A DNA stretch of 64,000 bases from Chrysomallon squamiferum (GCA_012295275.1 CM022668.1:11966001-12030000), one strand, 5' to 3'. Shown: positions 12,634 through 26,233, numbered from the stretch's first letter. Made by a program: numbers and translations. The notes: generated from the letters alone by a model not told the origin.

Positions 12634-15600
12634 TATATATATCTATGAATTTTGTATGTAGATATATATAAAAAATGACCTTTGTGTGCATATATCAAAA
12701 AAAAAAGCAACCTCACATATATTAAAAAAAAAAAAAATAATTCAATTATATTTTAATGCCAGCTAAACATTACAATTTGTTTTCATTTTATTTATTTAAT
12801 TTATGATTTCAGTAAATTAGAAACTGATGATAACAAATCAGAGTTGAAAATATATCATAACCATTACCAAATTTAAAAAAAAATTATTACATAAATTCCT
12901 TGCTAAACGTAATTAAATATGAACATTAAACAATCATTAAACACATCAGTTATTTTTTTAATTATTAAAGTTGATTTAAATTTCACCTTTATTCTGCCTC
13001 CACTGAGTTCCTCACTCAATTTCAGTCGAGCGTCAACAATTCGTTTGATGTCTCGTTGAAGTTTGCGACCAAAATCTTTGAACATTGTCGAACCCCCAGA
13101 CAGAACTATGTTCTGTAGGAAAAATAAGAAACAATAATAAAATAAAATAAAATAAAATAAAATAAAATAAAATAAAATAAAATAAAATATCAAATGAAAA
13201 TAGTAATAATAATAATAAGTTATATATAAAATGCACTCCTACAAATTTATAAAAATTCAAAAAATAAAATAAAATATTAATCACAAGACTAATATTAAAC
13301 AAATTATTATCGGGAATTGTTTTTATTAATTGATTGATTAATTAATTAATTTTTTTAATTTATTTATTTATTTATTATTATTATTTTTTAATTTATTTAT
13401 TTTATTATTATTATTTTTTAAATAGTAAACAGAAACTCTCTTCATGAAATTATTAAAATCAATATTCTTATTATTGACTGGATTTGCATTAAAAAAAAAA
13501 ATTAAAATGTCTGGCATCAGGATTTGAACCTAATTATACAAGATGAGAAACAGATGGCACAGTCAGTGTGTTCCTATATATAATAATCTTTTTAATTTCA
13601 AAAATTTATTTAAACAGTAATAATCTGAAAAACGTCACTGTTACAACTAATAAGGAATTTTATTAAAAATAATTACTGAGATTTTATAACGTAAGTTTTT
13701 TTTTTTTTTAAAATAACAAGACATTTGGACTATGTTTATATAATTTTAAATATTTGTCAACAGAAATGACTTACTTTGTAGAGACCTCGCCTGACATCAA
13801 TGGGACAGTTCTGAATGACGTCACCAACGATGTCGGATATTGGCACCATGAAGTCAGGGTTAGCAAACTGAAAAAAATAAAAAAATAAAAAAATAAATGA
13901 ATAAATAACAAAATAAGTAAAACAAATAAAGAATAAAAAAGTATTTATCAATGAAAAAGGAGTTTAATAAATAACAATGAAGTTTTTAGAAACAACAATA
14001 TTAAAAGCCATTTAAGGTATATTTATTAATTTTTAAAAAAATTAAATTAAAAAATATTAACTACTAAAATGGAAAAAATAATTATTAAACATCTATGTTT
14101 CAAATTTAAAAAACAAATATTTTCCTTCGGCATTTTATTATAAAAGAAAATATAAAATATCTAAGCTAGTATTTTTGTGAAAATTTAATAACAGAATCAT
14201 AATAAAATCTAAATGACTGTTAAAAACGTAAAAACACCTAATTTTTTTTTTAATAATTAGCTTGGTTGATGTTTTAACAAACAAGAAAATTGTTAAATAT
14301 TAAGTCTAAACGTACTTCTGGATGGAAGAAAATTTCGGGTCCCAGAAATCTCTCGTAGCCAACATCTATAGAGAAGATCTGCTTTGAGACTGCATTTATA
14401 CTTTCATATTTCTTTATCCACTTGCCAGGTTCCTGGTCATATTTGGCGAATTCTTTAGCTATATCTGGACAAACGTAGCAGAATTTCTCCTGTGATAATT
14501 AATTAAAATATTAATTAATATTCAGAAGGTGAGAAGTATAAACAATAACAAAAATGCACAGGCAGAAAAAACAACAACAACAACAACAACAAAAAATAGA
14601 CGAAATCGACCAAAAATCACAAATTGTTAAATAAAATTTTATTATTATTCACACTTATTTAAAACTAAATTTTTGGGGGTAATTATTATTAAATATTTGA
14701 ACCCAGCCCTGTAAAAATAAATGAAAAAAAGAAAAGAAAAGAAAGAAAGGAAGATAAAAATATATTTAAAAAAAATGTTTTTGCTACAGAAATAATTAAT
14801 AAAAATTAATTTAATTTTTAAAAAAATTTATTTTAAAGTTCCAAAAAGTTTTCAGCAGTTATAATTAGTCTTTTAATATATAAAAACATTAAAAAAAACC
14901 CCATATATAATAATAATAATAAAATATAATTTGTAAAATATTTTAATGATTTATAAAAATTACACACCTTGATGGCTTTAGCTGTCTCCAGGGACTGTTC
15001 GGGGGGGATGCCAACCTCCCTCTCTCTCAGCAGTTGTTGTATAAAGTATGTGATATCTCGTCCAGCTATAGGAATGTGTTTAATACAGCTGCCTATCACA
15101 TAGCCTTCAGCCTGAGTAATAATAATAATAAAAATAATATAATAATAATAATAATAATAGTAATAATTGTAATAATAATATTAACAATACCAATAATAAT
15201 AATAAAACAGTAATAAAAACAATAACAGTAGTAATAGTAATAATAATAATACATATATAAAAAGATAAAATATACAAGTTTCAAAAACGGAAAAGATAGA
15301 AAGATTTAATTAATAATAAAAATTAGACACACATAATGTATCTATTATCATAAAATAATTTACTTTTTACACAAATGAGTTTGAAGTGATACATTTAAAT
15401 GGATGTTCCATATAATTTAATAAATTATGGTTGTTGTTTATTCGCTTATTTAGTATTATTGTTATTATTTTAGTTGATTTTTTCATGCTTGCATTTACAA
15501 TTATCTGAAGCATCCACGACATAAAAAAAATCTAAATTAATATTACAGAACATACACACAACAAAACAGAAAAACCAACCACTACCATCCACCTTCATTT

Positions 15601-15963
15601 TTTTTTGTAGAAAATAATATCTTTAAAACTCTAAATAAAGACAGACATCTGTATATCGACAAATATAATCTTTCAGACAAAACCGAAACACACATATATC
15701 AGAATTCAGTGCATCTAAAGATATGTCATTAGTCAGAGGTTAATGAATTTTGATATACTTCTGTTTATACCTGATTTCATTACACCTAAATAAAATAATA
15801 AATAGTTAAAGTTTGAGAAGAATCACAAACCACTGGAATGACGTGGGTGACTCCGTCTCCAGAATCAATGACGGTGCCTGTCAGCGTCCTGTCTCCAACA
15901 TGACGCGATGTCCACGATGCTGCCAAAGCCAGAACAGCCTGAAATAAACAAAATACTGTGTGT

Positions 15964-16061
<98 letters not shown>

Positions 16062-19000
16062 GGAAGAACAAGTGACAGCTACTGAAAAGACAAACTGATA
16101 AAAAATATTAAAATATTATCAATTTTTTTAAAATAATTATGTATTTATTAAAAATATTTCCACATACGTTATCATTAAATTAATTATCAAATATCAAACA
16201 AACTTTTTATCTAAAAAAAAATATTTATATAAAGTTCATCCACACCATTACTCCTTCACCAACATTTTCCATTTAGCATTAAGGAATCTACAGTATTCAT
16301 CCCACCCAGGAACAGGAGAAAAAAATACCCAAAAGTCCCTTCTTGTGTGCGTCTGTCAGAAAATAACGAAGAGGCACCCTGAGAAGGTTTGTTTGGGTGT
16401 CACTGTGGTGTATGAATGTTCCATTATATATATATATATATATATATATATTTTTCTTTTTTTACCTGTACTGCTATGTAGAGACCAGGAACATTGAAAG
16501 ATTCAAACATTATTTCTGCGGTGTATTCTCGGTTTTCTGGAGTATTCAGTGGAGGCTCTGTCTGAAAAACATACATTTATTTATCTTTATTAAAATAATA
16601 AAACACTGCATCTGAAATACAAAAATTTCATTTATAAAAATTTTTTTTTTTTTGATAATAAATGTCACATCCGAATGACTAATAAAAACCTTAATAGATA
16701 ATTATGATAATAACTTGTAATTTTACGATTACTGTACTAGTTTTAAATGATATTTCAAATTTTAGTTCTGCAACGATAATTTAAGATTATGGGCATGTTT
16801 TAATGTTAACTGACTCACTGAGGTAAAAAAAAAAGAAAAAAAAAAATTAATTATTATTTTTAACATCACTTCAGTTCATTTTAATGTCTATAGTTATAAA
16901 ACTGTTAACAAAATGATGCTTATAAATTCATGATATGAAAGACGTAACTGCTACTACTCCTACAGACAAGTTATATATAGTTATACTTTACAAACGCTAC
17001 AGAAATGGGAAAAACAAACATCCATCTTCGATAAACCAGCCAAGAAGAACTGTTTGGAATGAAACACAACATGAACGAAGACAGTGAAAAGAATTGATCC
17101 TGAAGGTTCCAAAACACACGAAAGCCAACATCCCTGTCTTTGATGAACTACTGAAGGGGCAGAGAATGGGCCAGAGGGGATAAGGGTGGAGACAGGGTGT
17201 TACTGAATGGGTGGGGGAGACAGATAGGTCAGGTTAGTTAGATGGATGTTTAAATTTTGTATAATTCACCAGTAAGAAGTAATGATCTTCTGGCTCAGCT
17301 CTGAGATATTTGAAAATGGCCTGCTCCATGAATCTTTCCATCAGATCCCAGTCTTCCACGATACCATGTCGAATAGGCCACTACATTAAAATAAATAAAA
17401 TAAAATAAAATAAATAAAATAAAATAAAATAAATAATAAATTTAATTTTTTTTTTACTATATATAGTCATAAAAAACACCAATGAATTAATACCAATAAA
17501 TAAAAATAATAGAAAAAAATATATATACTTTTTTTTTAATAAAATATAGGAACAACGTTAGTTTTTCATGGTCCAATTCTATTTCATTTTTCAATAGATA
17601 TTTTAATATGAACAATAAAGATATCTTCTTTCTGACAAAGTACATCATCTTTAAATGGAAAAGAAATATTAAGTGTTGTATTTACTGAAATAATATGTGA
17701 AAACATAATTTATTGAAAAGCTTTATTAATTTACTAAATAGCATTTAAAAAATATTATTTAGTGAAATAAATAATATAAAAACCCAAAATAATAGTCCAT
17801 ATATGTGAACAAAAATAAAATAAAAAATAAACAAATAAAAAACATAGAAAAATAAAATTCAAATAAATAAATAAATAAAATAAAATAACAGAAATAAATA
17901 AATAATAAAAATCAATAAAGAATATGAAAAATAAAAAATGTAAAAAAAAAAAAACCCAGAAAACAATCTAACCATATAAATGATGTAGACAGCTGTAATT
18001 TATGAAGCAAATCAATAATAAACGATTATCAAAATTTCATAAATTAAATAAATATTTTTGCTACAAATAAAATATTTCTAGACACCTTCACAGAGTAGTT
18101 TGGCTGGTTCAGGGCTTCGTCTCCTATGTAAAAATCTAAATCTTCAACACCTTTGCCAAGACGACGAATTGCTTGTTCCCCCACACTGGCTGTCTCTTTT
18201 ATTGCAATGGCTGATGGGATAATAAACTGCGGTTCTGTGTTTCCAGCAAACCCCATCTTGCTATACCTGCAATTATAAAACACTTATTTTTGTTTTTACT
18301 AAGATACTGAATTTTAATTTTATCTTGGTATACATGCATTTATTTTTAACAACATTGATGAATTTTAGTTTCCTCTATTGAATGAATAATGAGTAAATGT
18401 TTAACGACACCCAAGCACACAAAAAAAAAAAAAATGCATCGGCTATTGAGAATCAAACTGTGGAAAAACAAAAGGATGATCAACATCAATATAAAAATTC
18501 AACACAGTTTAAGAAGTGTGGAGAAAATATAAATGTCACACTCACAGAAGTGAGACAGTATTTAAGATATATAACAAAATGCAGTATCATGCAGGAACTG
18601 TAAAATAAGGTTGAGGTAGAATGTGAAAGGATTCCATCACATTTCGGATCTTAAATATTTGTGAACGAGTTTGTATCTGATATACTCCTTAAAAATATGC
18701 TCCTTTGCAAAATAAATGAATAAATCTATCTGACTAATGAATGGGTCAAAAAGGAAAGGTATGACTGATGCAAGCATGACACAAACTTCAGTATGATTAG
18801 TACTATTTATGTTGATACCTTCAATGAAAGTAACAGTATTCCTACAGTATAAGGATATAATAATTATGTAATATGGTATGAAAATATATTTATATCAACA
18901 CAAAACTGTCGTATTTATCACATCTCTGTATGGGGAGTTTGTTTATTTTTTTTATTTAAAAAATGTTTTAAATAATAATTTGACTACTAATGTGACTAAT

Positions 19001-19125
19001 AATATGAGAGTTTCACGTGATATATGGTATTCCAATGTTCAAGGAATGAAGAATGTTTTCTGATTGTAATGCTGTCTGCACATTAGCACATGTCACTTGA
19101 AAATAATTATTACTTAAACTTATAA

Positions 19126-19165
<40 letters not shown>

Positions 19166-19480
19166 GTACATTTGCAGATAACGAATCAGATTTAGGTATT
19201 AATCATTCAATGATTTAATTGATTACATTTTACGAAACTGAACGGGTAACGGTAAGAAAACCGTTATTACAAGCATCTCATTAATATATAACAATTACTG
19301 CCGTATTAAAATGCATCTGCCGATTCAGGAACTTTACATTCGGTCAAAATGCATTAAAACGCGACACACCCCTACAATTTCACGATTAGTCACAGTAATG
19401 TTTTATGCTTCTTAAATTTCGTTTCTGCACACTTACCCTGTGCCATTGTCAATAACAACGGCTGGAAGTCTGTTAGCCAT
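11612..19480 (-). CDS. ACTR3: Actin-related protein 3 (Arp2/3 complex subunit), complete, 418 aa
   Basis: 11 GT-AG exons: 19437-19480, 18086-18266, 17270-17380, 16466-16561, 15831-15938, 14968-15111, 14316-14489, 13775-13867, 12987-13112, 12407-12490, 11612-11707. Sum is 1257 nt = 418 aa + TAG. Diagnostic peptides: [111 protein letters not shown]. Confidence 0.99.
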
Positions 19481-19549
19481 TACTCTTTCTGAACTTAACG
19501 ATCAATATTTTATTTTAAAATTACTTTTTAAAGTTTTTAATTTTTTTTT

Positions 19550-19620
19550 TCTATGCCACCGGGAAAGCAGGAAGTACTTCCCAAAATGGCTGAAAGAGGA
19601 AGTGATATAGTTTGAGGTAT
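19550..19620. promoter_or_regulatory. Probable (bidirectional) ARP3 core promoter
   Basis: About 80-130 bp upstream of the ATG: palindromic ETS-like ggaagtacttcc, YY1-like caaaatggct, a second ggaagt, and a plus-strand donor-like gag|gtattg at 19616/19617. Motif inference only. Confidence 0.5.
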
Positions 19621-19734
19621 TGTTATTTCAACCATTAATTTTTGAGCACCAATATTTTATCTTCGAGCAGTACCAGATACTGAGATATGGAGACAGTTTG
19701 AATAGTTTTAGTTTTGCGGACGGAGTTGGGGGGA

Positions 19735-21770
19735 TGTATTTTATTTAGTATATGAGACATGTCGAAACGAGAAGATCTGAAACTGAAGCCAAATAAATTA
19801 GTTGAAATCAAAGCAAATCTAGACAACATAAGAGATCTCACTAAGTCTGAGTTGGAAAACGTCAGTTTACTGTAAATCAAAAGTTCCTTTTTATATATAA
19901 ATAATATGAATGCAGCAGCAGCAACAACAGCCACAGCAACCATGACGTTGTCAACAACAGGAACAACACTAACAACAATAATAATAATAAAACATGATGT
20001 AAAACATTTTTATTCTCGTATATATTAATGTTTCAAAGCATTCGCCTGAAATGCTCGTTAGTGACTGTTACAACGAACATTTCAGCCCGGGCTGGGGGGC
20101 GAGGACCCTGCTTTGAACCAGCCCACCTGAAAAAGAAAAAATAGAAATTCAGTTCAAAGAATATAACAGAGTTAACAATTATATATATTTTAAAATATTT
20201 ATTTCAACTTACAATTTTACATCTTAGCTTTAATTCACTGTTTTATCTTTATATAAAAAAATATTTCTGTAATCAAATATATTTAAGATTTTTCTAATAA
20301 TGTATTCAAGAATAACGGAAAGGAAATTAATTCTCACCAGAAGATTCGAATTAGAAACGCGACGAAACATCTCTCTGTAGCTTTCTGGAGAATGTGGCGG
20401 GCTATTATGACGTCATCATAATTGCCAAGCTTAGCAACGTCTGATGACTGGGCAGAAAGGAGTTGTGTTTATTAATATCACATCATTAACTGCTATTTAG
20501 AATTTTAAAATAAAAACGGAGGTAAAAAAAACAAATTATAAAAGAAAGAAAAGAGTGAGTAAAATAGTTGAACACAGCCATTGTTTTCACCCTTGACTCT
20601 TGTTTTTTTTTAATTATTATTATTTTTTTTTAATTAATTTATCATAATAGCATGGGGGACTCTGTGGTTAAGGGGGGAGGGCAAATGACATTTTAGACGT
20701 ACCAATTTCTTCTTGTTTTAAGTAGGTCAATTTATCAGGTGGGATATATTGTTATTGCATAGTTTTTAGAATTATTATTATTATTATTATTATTACTACT
20801 ACTACTTCTTCTACTACTACTATTACTATTATTACTATTGCTACTGTTGCTGAATCAAGGGTGAGAACTATGGCTGTGTTCAACCATTTTACTCAGTTCG
20901 TTTCTTTCTTTTAATTTGTGTTCGATTTCTTTTTCTACCTCATTTTTATTTTAAAATTCTAAATAGCAGTTAATGATGTGATATTAATAAACACAACTCC
21001 TCTCTGCCCAGTCATCAGACGTTGCTAAGCTTGGCAATTATGATGACGTCATAATAGCCCGCCACATTCTTCAGAAAGCTACAGAGAGATGTTTCGTCGC
21101 GTTTCTAATTTCAATCTTCTGGTGAGAATTAATTTCCCTACCGTAATTCTTGAATATATTATTAGAAAAAATCTTAAATATATTTTATTACAGAAATATT
21201 TTTTTTTTTATATAAAAAGATAAAACAGTGAATTTAAACTAAGATGTAAAATTGTTTATATATATTTTCTACGATGTGGTTGTTGTAATCTCTCTATAAA
21301 CAAAACAAAAATATATATATAATTGTTAACTCTGTTATATTCTTTGAACTGAATTTCTATTTTTTCTTTTTCAGGTGGGCTGGTTCAAAGCAGGGTCCTC
21401 GCCCCCCAGCCCGGGCTGAAATGTTCGTTGTAACAGTCACTAACGAGCATTTCAGGCGAATGCTTTGAAACATTAATATATACAAGAAAAAAAATATCTT
21501 ATATCATGTTTTATTGTTATTGTTATTGTTGTTATTGTTGTTCCTGTTGTTTTCGACGTCGAGGTTGCTGTGGTTGTTGTTGCTGCTGCTGCATTTATAT
21601 TATTTATATATAAAAAAGAACTTTTCATTTACAGCAAATTGAAGTTTTCCAACTCAGACTTAGTGAGATCTCTTATGTTGTCTAGAAATGGTTTTGATTT
21701 CAACTAATTTATTTGGCTTCACTTTCAGTTCTTCTCGTTTCGATATGTCCAATATGCTAAATAAAATACA
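19735..21770. repeat. Long inverted repeat: arms ~19735-20599 and ~20852-21770, spacer ~250 bp
   Basis: Arms are reverse complements along their length. By eye 20018-20188 is identical to the reverse complement of 21313-21483, and ~20340-20515 vs ~20945-21120 differs at only a few bases. Confidence 0.95.
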
Positions 21771-21920
21771 AGTCATCATGTAAAATAAGTAACAACTGTT
21801 GTTAGGTAAAAATCTTGTAAAATGAAAATTAGTATGTTAATCAAACTTAAAACTATGTATACAGTGTATGTATTTGTTATGTATCAATTTCATTTTCTCT
21901 GACATTTTCAAACTGTAACT

Positions 21921-23083
21921 GTATTCAAAATAATTTTAGAAGTTTATCGTAAAAGATATAACAGTATGTATAAATTACTTGTACAGAATATAATATTTGT
22001 AATTAGAAATAAAATAGAAAGGCTATGATATTTCGATTTTATTTTTTTTGAAGTATTCATGTGTATAATGCAAAATGTAAAACAATAAAAATAAAATAAA
22101 AAGGATTTATGATCATTTCGGAGCAGGCTGCCGATAAACGGTTCTCGTTTGGAATCTTCATCATTTCACGTATAAACGGTTTCTGGAATCTGTACCGTTT
22201 GTTTTTCTTCTGTGAGAGATGTTCACTGATATATTTAGAGTTACTGCCCTTATGTGAGAGATGTTCACTGATATATTTAGAGTAACCGCCCTTATGTATG
22301 AGACGTTCACTGATATATTTTACCGCCCTTGTGTTACATTTGTTAAAAACAAACGATTGCTAAAAGTTTTCCCTCACTGCACAATGCACACCATTAAAAA
22401 AATAGCCTGTGTACAGTTTTTTGACATTTTAACAGTCCATTGCTTTGTATTTCATATTACAATATTTTTGAAGAAATTGCCAAGACACGTCAGGCTCATA
22501 CTTCTCATCAGCACAAAATAGATGATAAATAAAGGTATATACTTACACAAGGGCAGTAACTCTAAATATATCAGTGAACATCTCTCACACAAGGGCGTTA
22601 ACTCTAAATATATCAGTGAACATCTCTCACACAAAGTCAGTAACTCTAAATATATCAGTGAACATGTCTCACACAAGGGCGGTAACTCTAAATATATCAG
22701 TGAACATCTCTCACACAAGTGCGGTAATTCTAAATATATCAGTGAACATATCTCACACAAGGGCGGTAACTCTAAATATATCAGTGAACATCTCTCATAC
22801 AAGGGCGGTAACTCTAAATATATCAGTGCACATATCTCACAAGGGCGGTAACTCTAAATATATCAGTGAACATCATAACTTTAAATATATCAATGAACAT
22901 CATATATCAGTCTTTATATCATAACCTTAATTCCTTTCTATTTTATTTCTAATTATACACACGAATATGCAAAAATAAAATCGAAAATATTCCGTCCCGC
23001 TAAAAAATATTATAATTCTGTCTGAGTAATTCATACATACTGTTATATCTTTTACGATAGATTTCTAAAATTAATTTGAATAC
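21921..23083. repeat. Second fold-back: unique inverted arms (~21921-22070 / ~22925-23083) enclosing oppositely oriented 42-bp satellite arrays (~22212-22335 and ~22545-22900)
   Basis: gtattcaaaataattttagaagtttatcgtaaaagatataacagtatgtat at 21921 pairs with 23033-23083. The satellite is the same family as at 9.7-10.0 kb. Confidence 0.85.
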
Positions 23084-24306
23084 AATAACCAGTTCAGAAC
23101 AATGTAATCAAAAGGTCAGCGAGCATGTGATAAAAATGTCCGGTCTGAAAAGTGTCAAAATATTTTAAATTACAGAACTGGTTTTACTTCTTTTTTAATG
23201 CCGGAAAATTCGTTTATGTAAAGAAAGGAAAAACTGAGTTGTATTTATAGGGATGTTCTCACAAAAGTAAATTAAATATAAAGAAAGAAAGAAAGGAAGA
23301 AGCAAACAAATAAAAATCATTTTATTGTTGGGATCCTTCGCTATAATCAGAATTACTAATTGGTTATATATTTGACATTCACGGAAGCTTTAATATTTAA
23401 AACATCATGACAAAACAACAGCTACAACAACAACAACAACAACAACAATAATGTTAACAAAAATAACAACAATAACGATAGGAACAACAGTAATAACAAT
23501 ACCAATGATAACAATAACTAATAATAATGATATTGACGATGATAACAACGACGATGAGAAAAACTGTGTTAGTATATATATATATATATATATATGCATA
23601 TGTGTATACATCAGTACGTATGTGAAGCGTATGCGTGTCTTTGTGCGTGCATATTGAATTCTTTCTCAAAAGAACATGAATACCCATTCAGTCTCTCCAT
23701 ACCCACTTATAATTATATATATAAACAAACAAAAAATAAATAATAATAATAATTATTATTATTATAAATGAGATCACATGACCTTGAACCAAAATTAAAG
23801 TTTTGAGAACGTCCCTGTGAAAATAATTTTATTTTATTTATCATTTATTCAGTCGTATGCGGACAATATTGACAAATTAACAACACGTTCTCGCAATGAT
23901 AACGCTTTGCAGTGTAAACAAATGTTTTAATGCCATTTATATTTGCTCAGGCCTTCATTTTAATTATTTGTTTCTCGTCCATTTATATTACAAATATTAC
24001 CGTGACTACTAAAACTACCTCCAGCGCCATTAAAGTTAATGCTACTGCAATTACAACTACAACTTTTACAACAACATTACTACTATTGCAACCAAAGCAC
24101 CATCACTGACATCACTAATACAGTTATTATTCTCTGCAAACTCTACTGCCATTATTACAACTGCGACGACAAAAACTACTTATCCTTTCACACCACCATT
24201 ATTATTACTAATAATATTACCATCTTAAACACTTCTACCATTACTACGACTACTACTAATTATATATTAATATAACTGTTGCCATTTTAATATATATTTT
24301 TAATTC

Positions 24307-24355
<49 letters not shown>

Positions 24356-24861
24356 TAGTTTTAATTTAGTCTAACAGCAATAGCAAAACTACTGTGAGAT
24401 AATAAAATCAACAGTTTGATTAGTTGTTTGTTTTTCGACACCCCAGCACAAAACAATGGCTATTGGGTGTCATACAAAGGTAAATAAAATCATTATTTAA
24501 TAGTAGTAGTGGTAGTAATTTTAATAATAATAATTTATAATAAAAAATCCATGAGATTGTGCATTCAGTTCTCCGTACCATAAACAATGAAATAATTGGC
24601 ACGTCCTTAACAGACATGTTCATTTCTTTAATCGTCTGCTAATTTTCGGCGTGTAAAAACAAACCCATATTGTCACGTAACTCTTTATAAATATTATTAT
24701 AAAAAAAAAAATAATATATATTTTAAATTAAGACTATTTAAGTATTTAATAATATAATAATATTTAGCTGTTAAATATAGTTGAAAAAAAAAAAATAATA
24801 ATAATAATAAAAAAATAATAAAGTGAGTGAGTACCAGAGAAGTGAAGAGAAGAATTTCAAA

Positions 24862-25050
24862 ATGGAAATACTTGAAGAAACAGAAATTTCGAACCCGTTT
24901 AGAGATATCAGTGTGTTGAGAAATCCTCCATTTAATGTGGATTTGGTTTCAGATAGCTACAGGTTTGTATTTTATTTTTGTATTGTTCGTGTATGCATAT
25001 ATGTATGTACGTAAGTATTATTATGTATGTAGGTAAATATATATGTATAC

Positions 25051-25106
<56 letters not shown>

Positions 25107-25835
25107 ATAATGTATGAAAATGTATGTAATTTTATCTTCTGTTTATTTATTTATTCACAAATTTATTTATTTATTTATTTATTTACCAAAATTCAGATCA
25201 TGTATGTTTACATGGAAACGACCAAAACCTCTGGAACCTGGAAGACTTTCTGCTGTACATTACTTCAACTGTGTAGAACATCTGAAACAAATTCTAGCGA
25301 CAAAGGGAAAAGAAAATTCACTTCTGAGACAAGTGATTTTCAAAGTTAATCAAGAAAATTACCAGTTAGTCAAAGAATTAAATGGGTAAATGAAAGTAAT
25401 TTTTCAAACATTAAGAAGTTTCTAAATTAAAAAAATTAAAAAATTAAATTATTTTGAGATTAATTAATTAATTAAGGAACAAACAATTATAAATAAATAA
25501 ATAAATAAATAAATAATACCTTTATCTCATGTACAGTATATTGTGCTTTATTTTACTAAAGAATTAGATTAAAGGGAGATAATCAATGACTGTTTACGTC
25601 AACTCGCATACAGAGTTATTTCTCGTTTTACAGATATAAGGGAGAGAACTGGGAAGTTCTTAACAAAGAAAACAAAATTCTAAAGCGACATCTAGCAAGA
25701 GTATCTAAAGAAAATTTATTCTTGAGAACGCAGAACTTGAAAGAGATTAACAAAAGTGTTAAAACAGGAGAACGTTCTAGTTCAGCAAAACGAAAAACAA
25801 GGCAACAAAGTGCCAACCAAACGATAAATATATAA
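24862..25835 (+). CDS. Uncharacterised 163-aa protein with predicted coiled-coil/zipper-like segments
   Basis: Exons 24862-24962, 25197-25385, 25634-25835 (492 nt). caaaATGG start context, both introns GT-AG phase 2, no internal stop. MEILEETEISNPFRD...LNKENKILKRHLARVSKENLFLRTQNLKE... No family recognised. Confidence 0.75.
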
Positions 25836-25908
25836 ACACATTTACATGTTATTCTGTTGCTGAAGGTGTTTACGTGAAGAAAATAATTATGTTCGTATAA
25901 TTACGGGG

Positions 25909-25944
<36 letters not shown>

Positions 25945-26233
25945 TTTTTTAACAACAACAACAACAACAACAAAAAAAACAAAAAAAAAAACAAAAAAAA
26001 AAAACAACAAAAAAACAAAAAAACAGATCAATTATTACCATAAAATGAAACCACTGCTGATTTTATTTGTCAGAACTGCTTTGACATTTACGAATATCAT
26101 ATTGTTTTATCATTTTCAGTTTAATAACATTTTAGTGCATAGTTTAGTATATTGGTAAATCAATAATAGATAAATTATGTTTATCAGTTGTAGGTGCATA
26201 TCATTTTTGTGTTCTTCAAATACAGATTAAATG

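Noticed and set aside
22110-22540. Coding-looking patches at 22110-22210 and 22436-22533 inside the second fold-back
   Set aside because: Short, no consistent splice or phase chain, and no recognisable protein or transposase motif.
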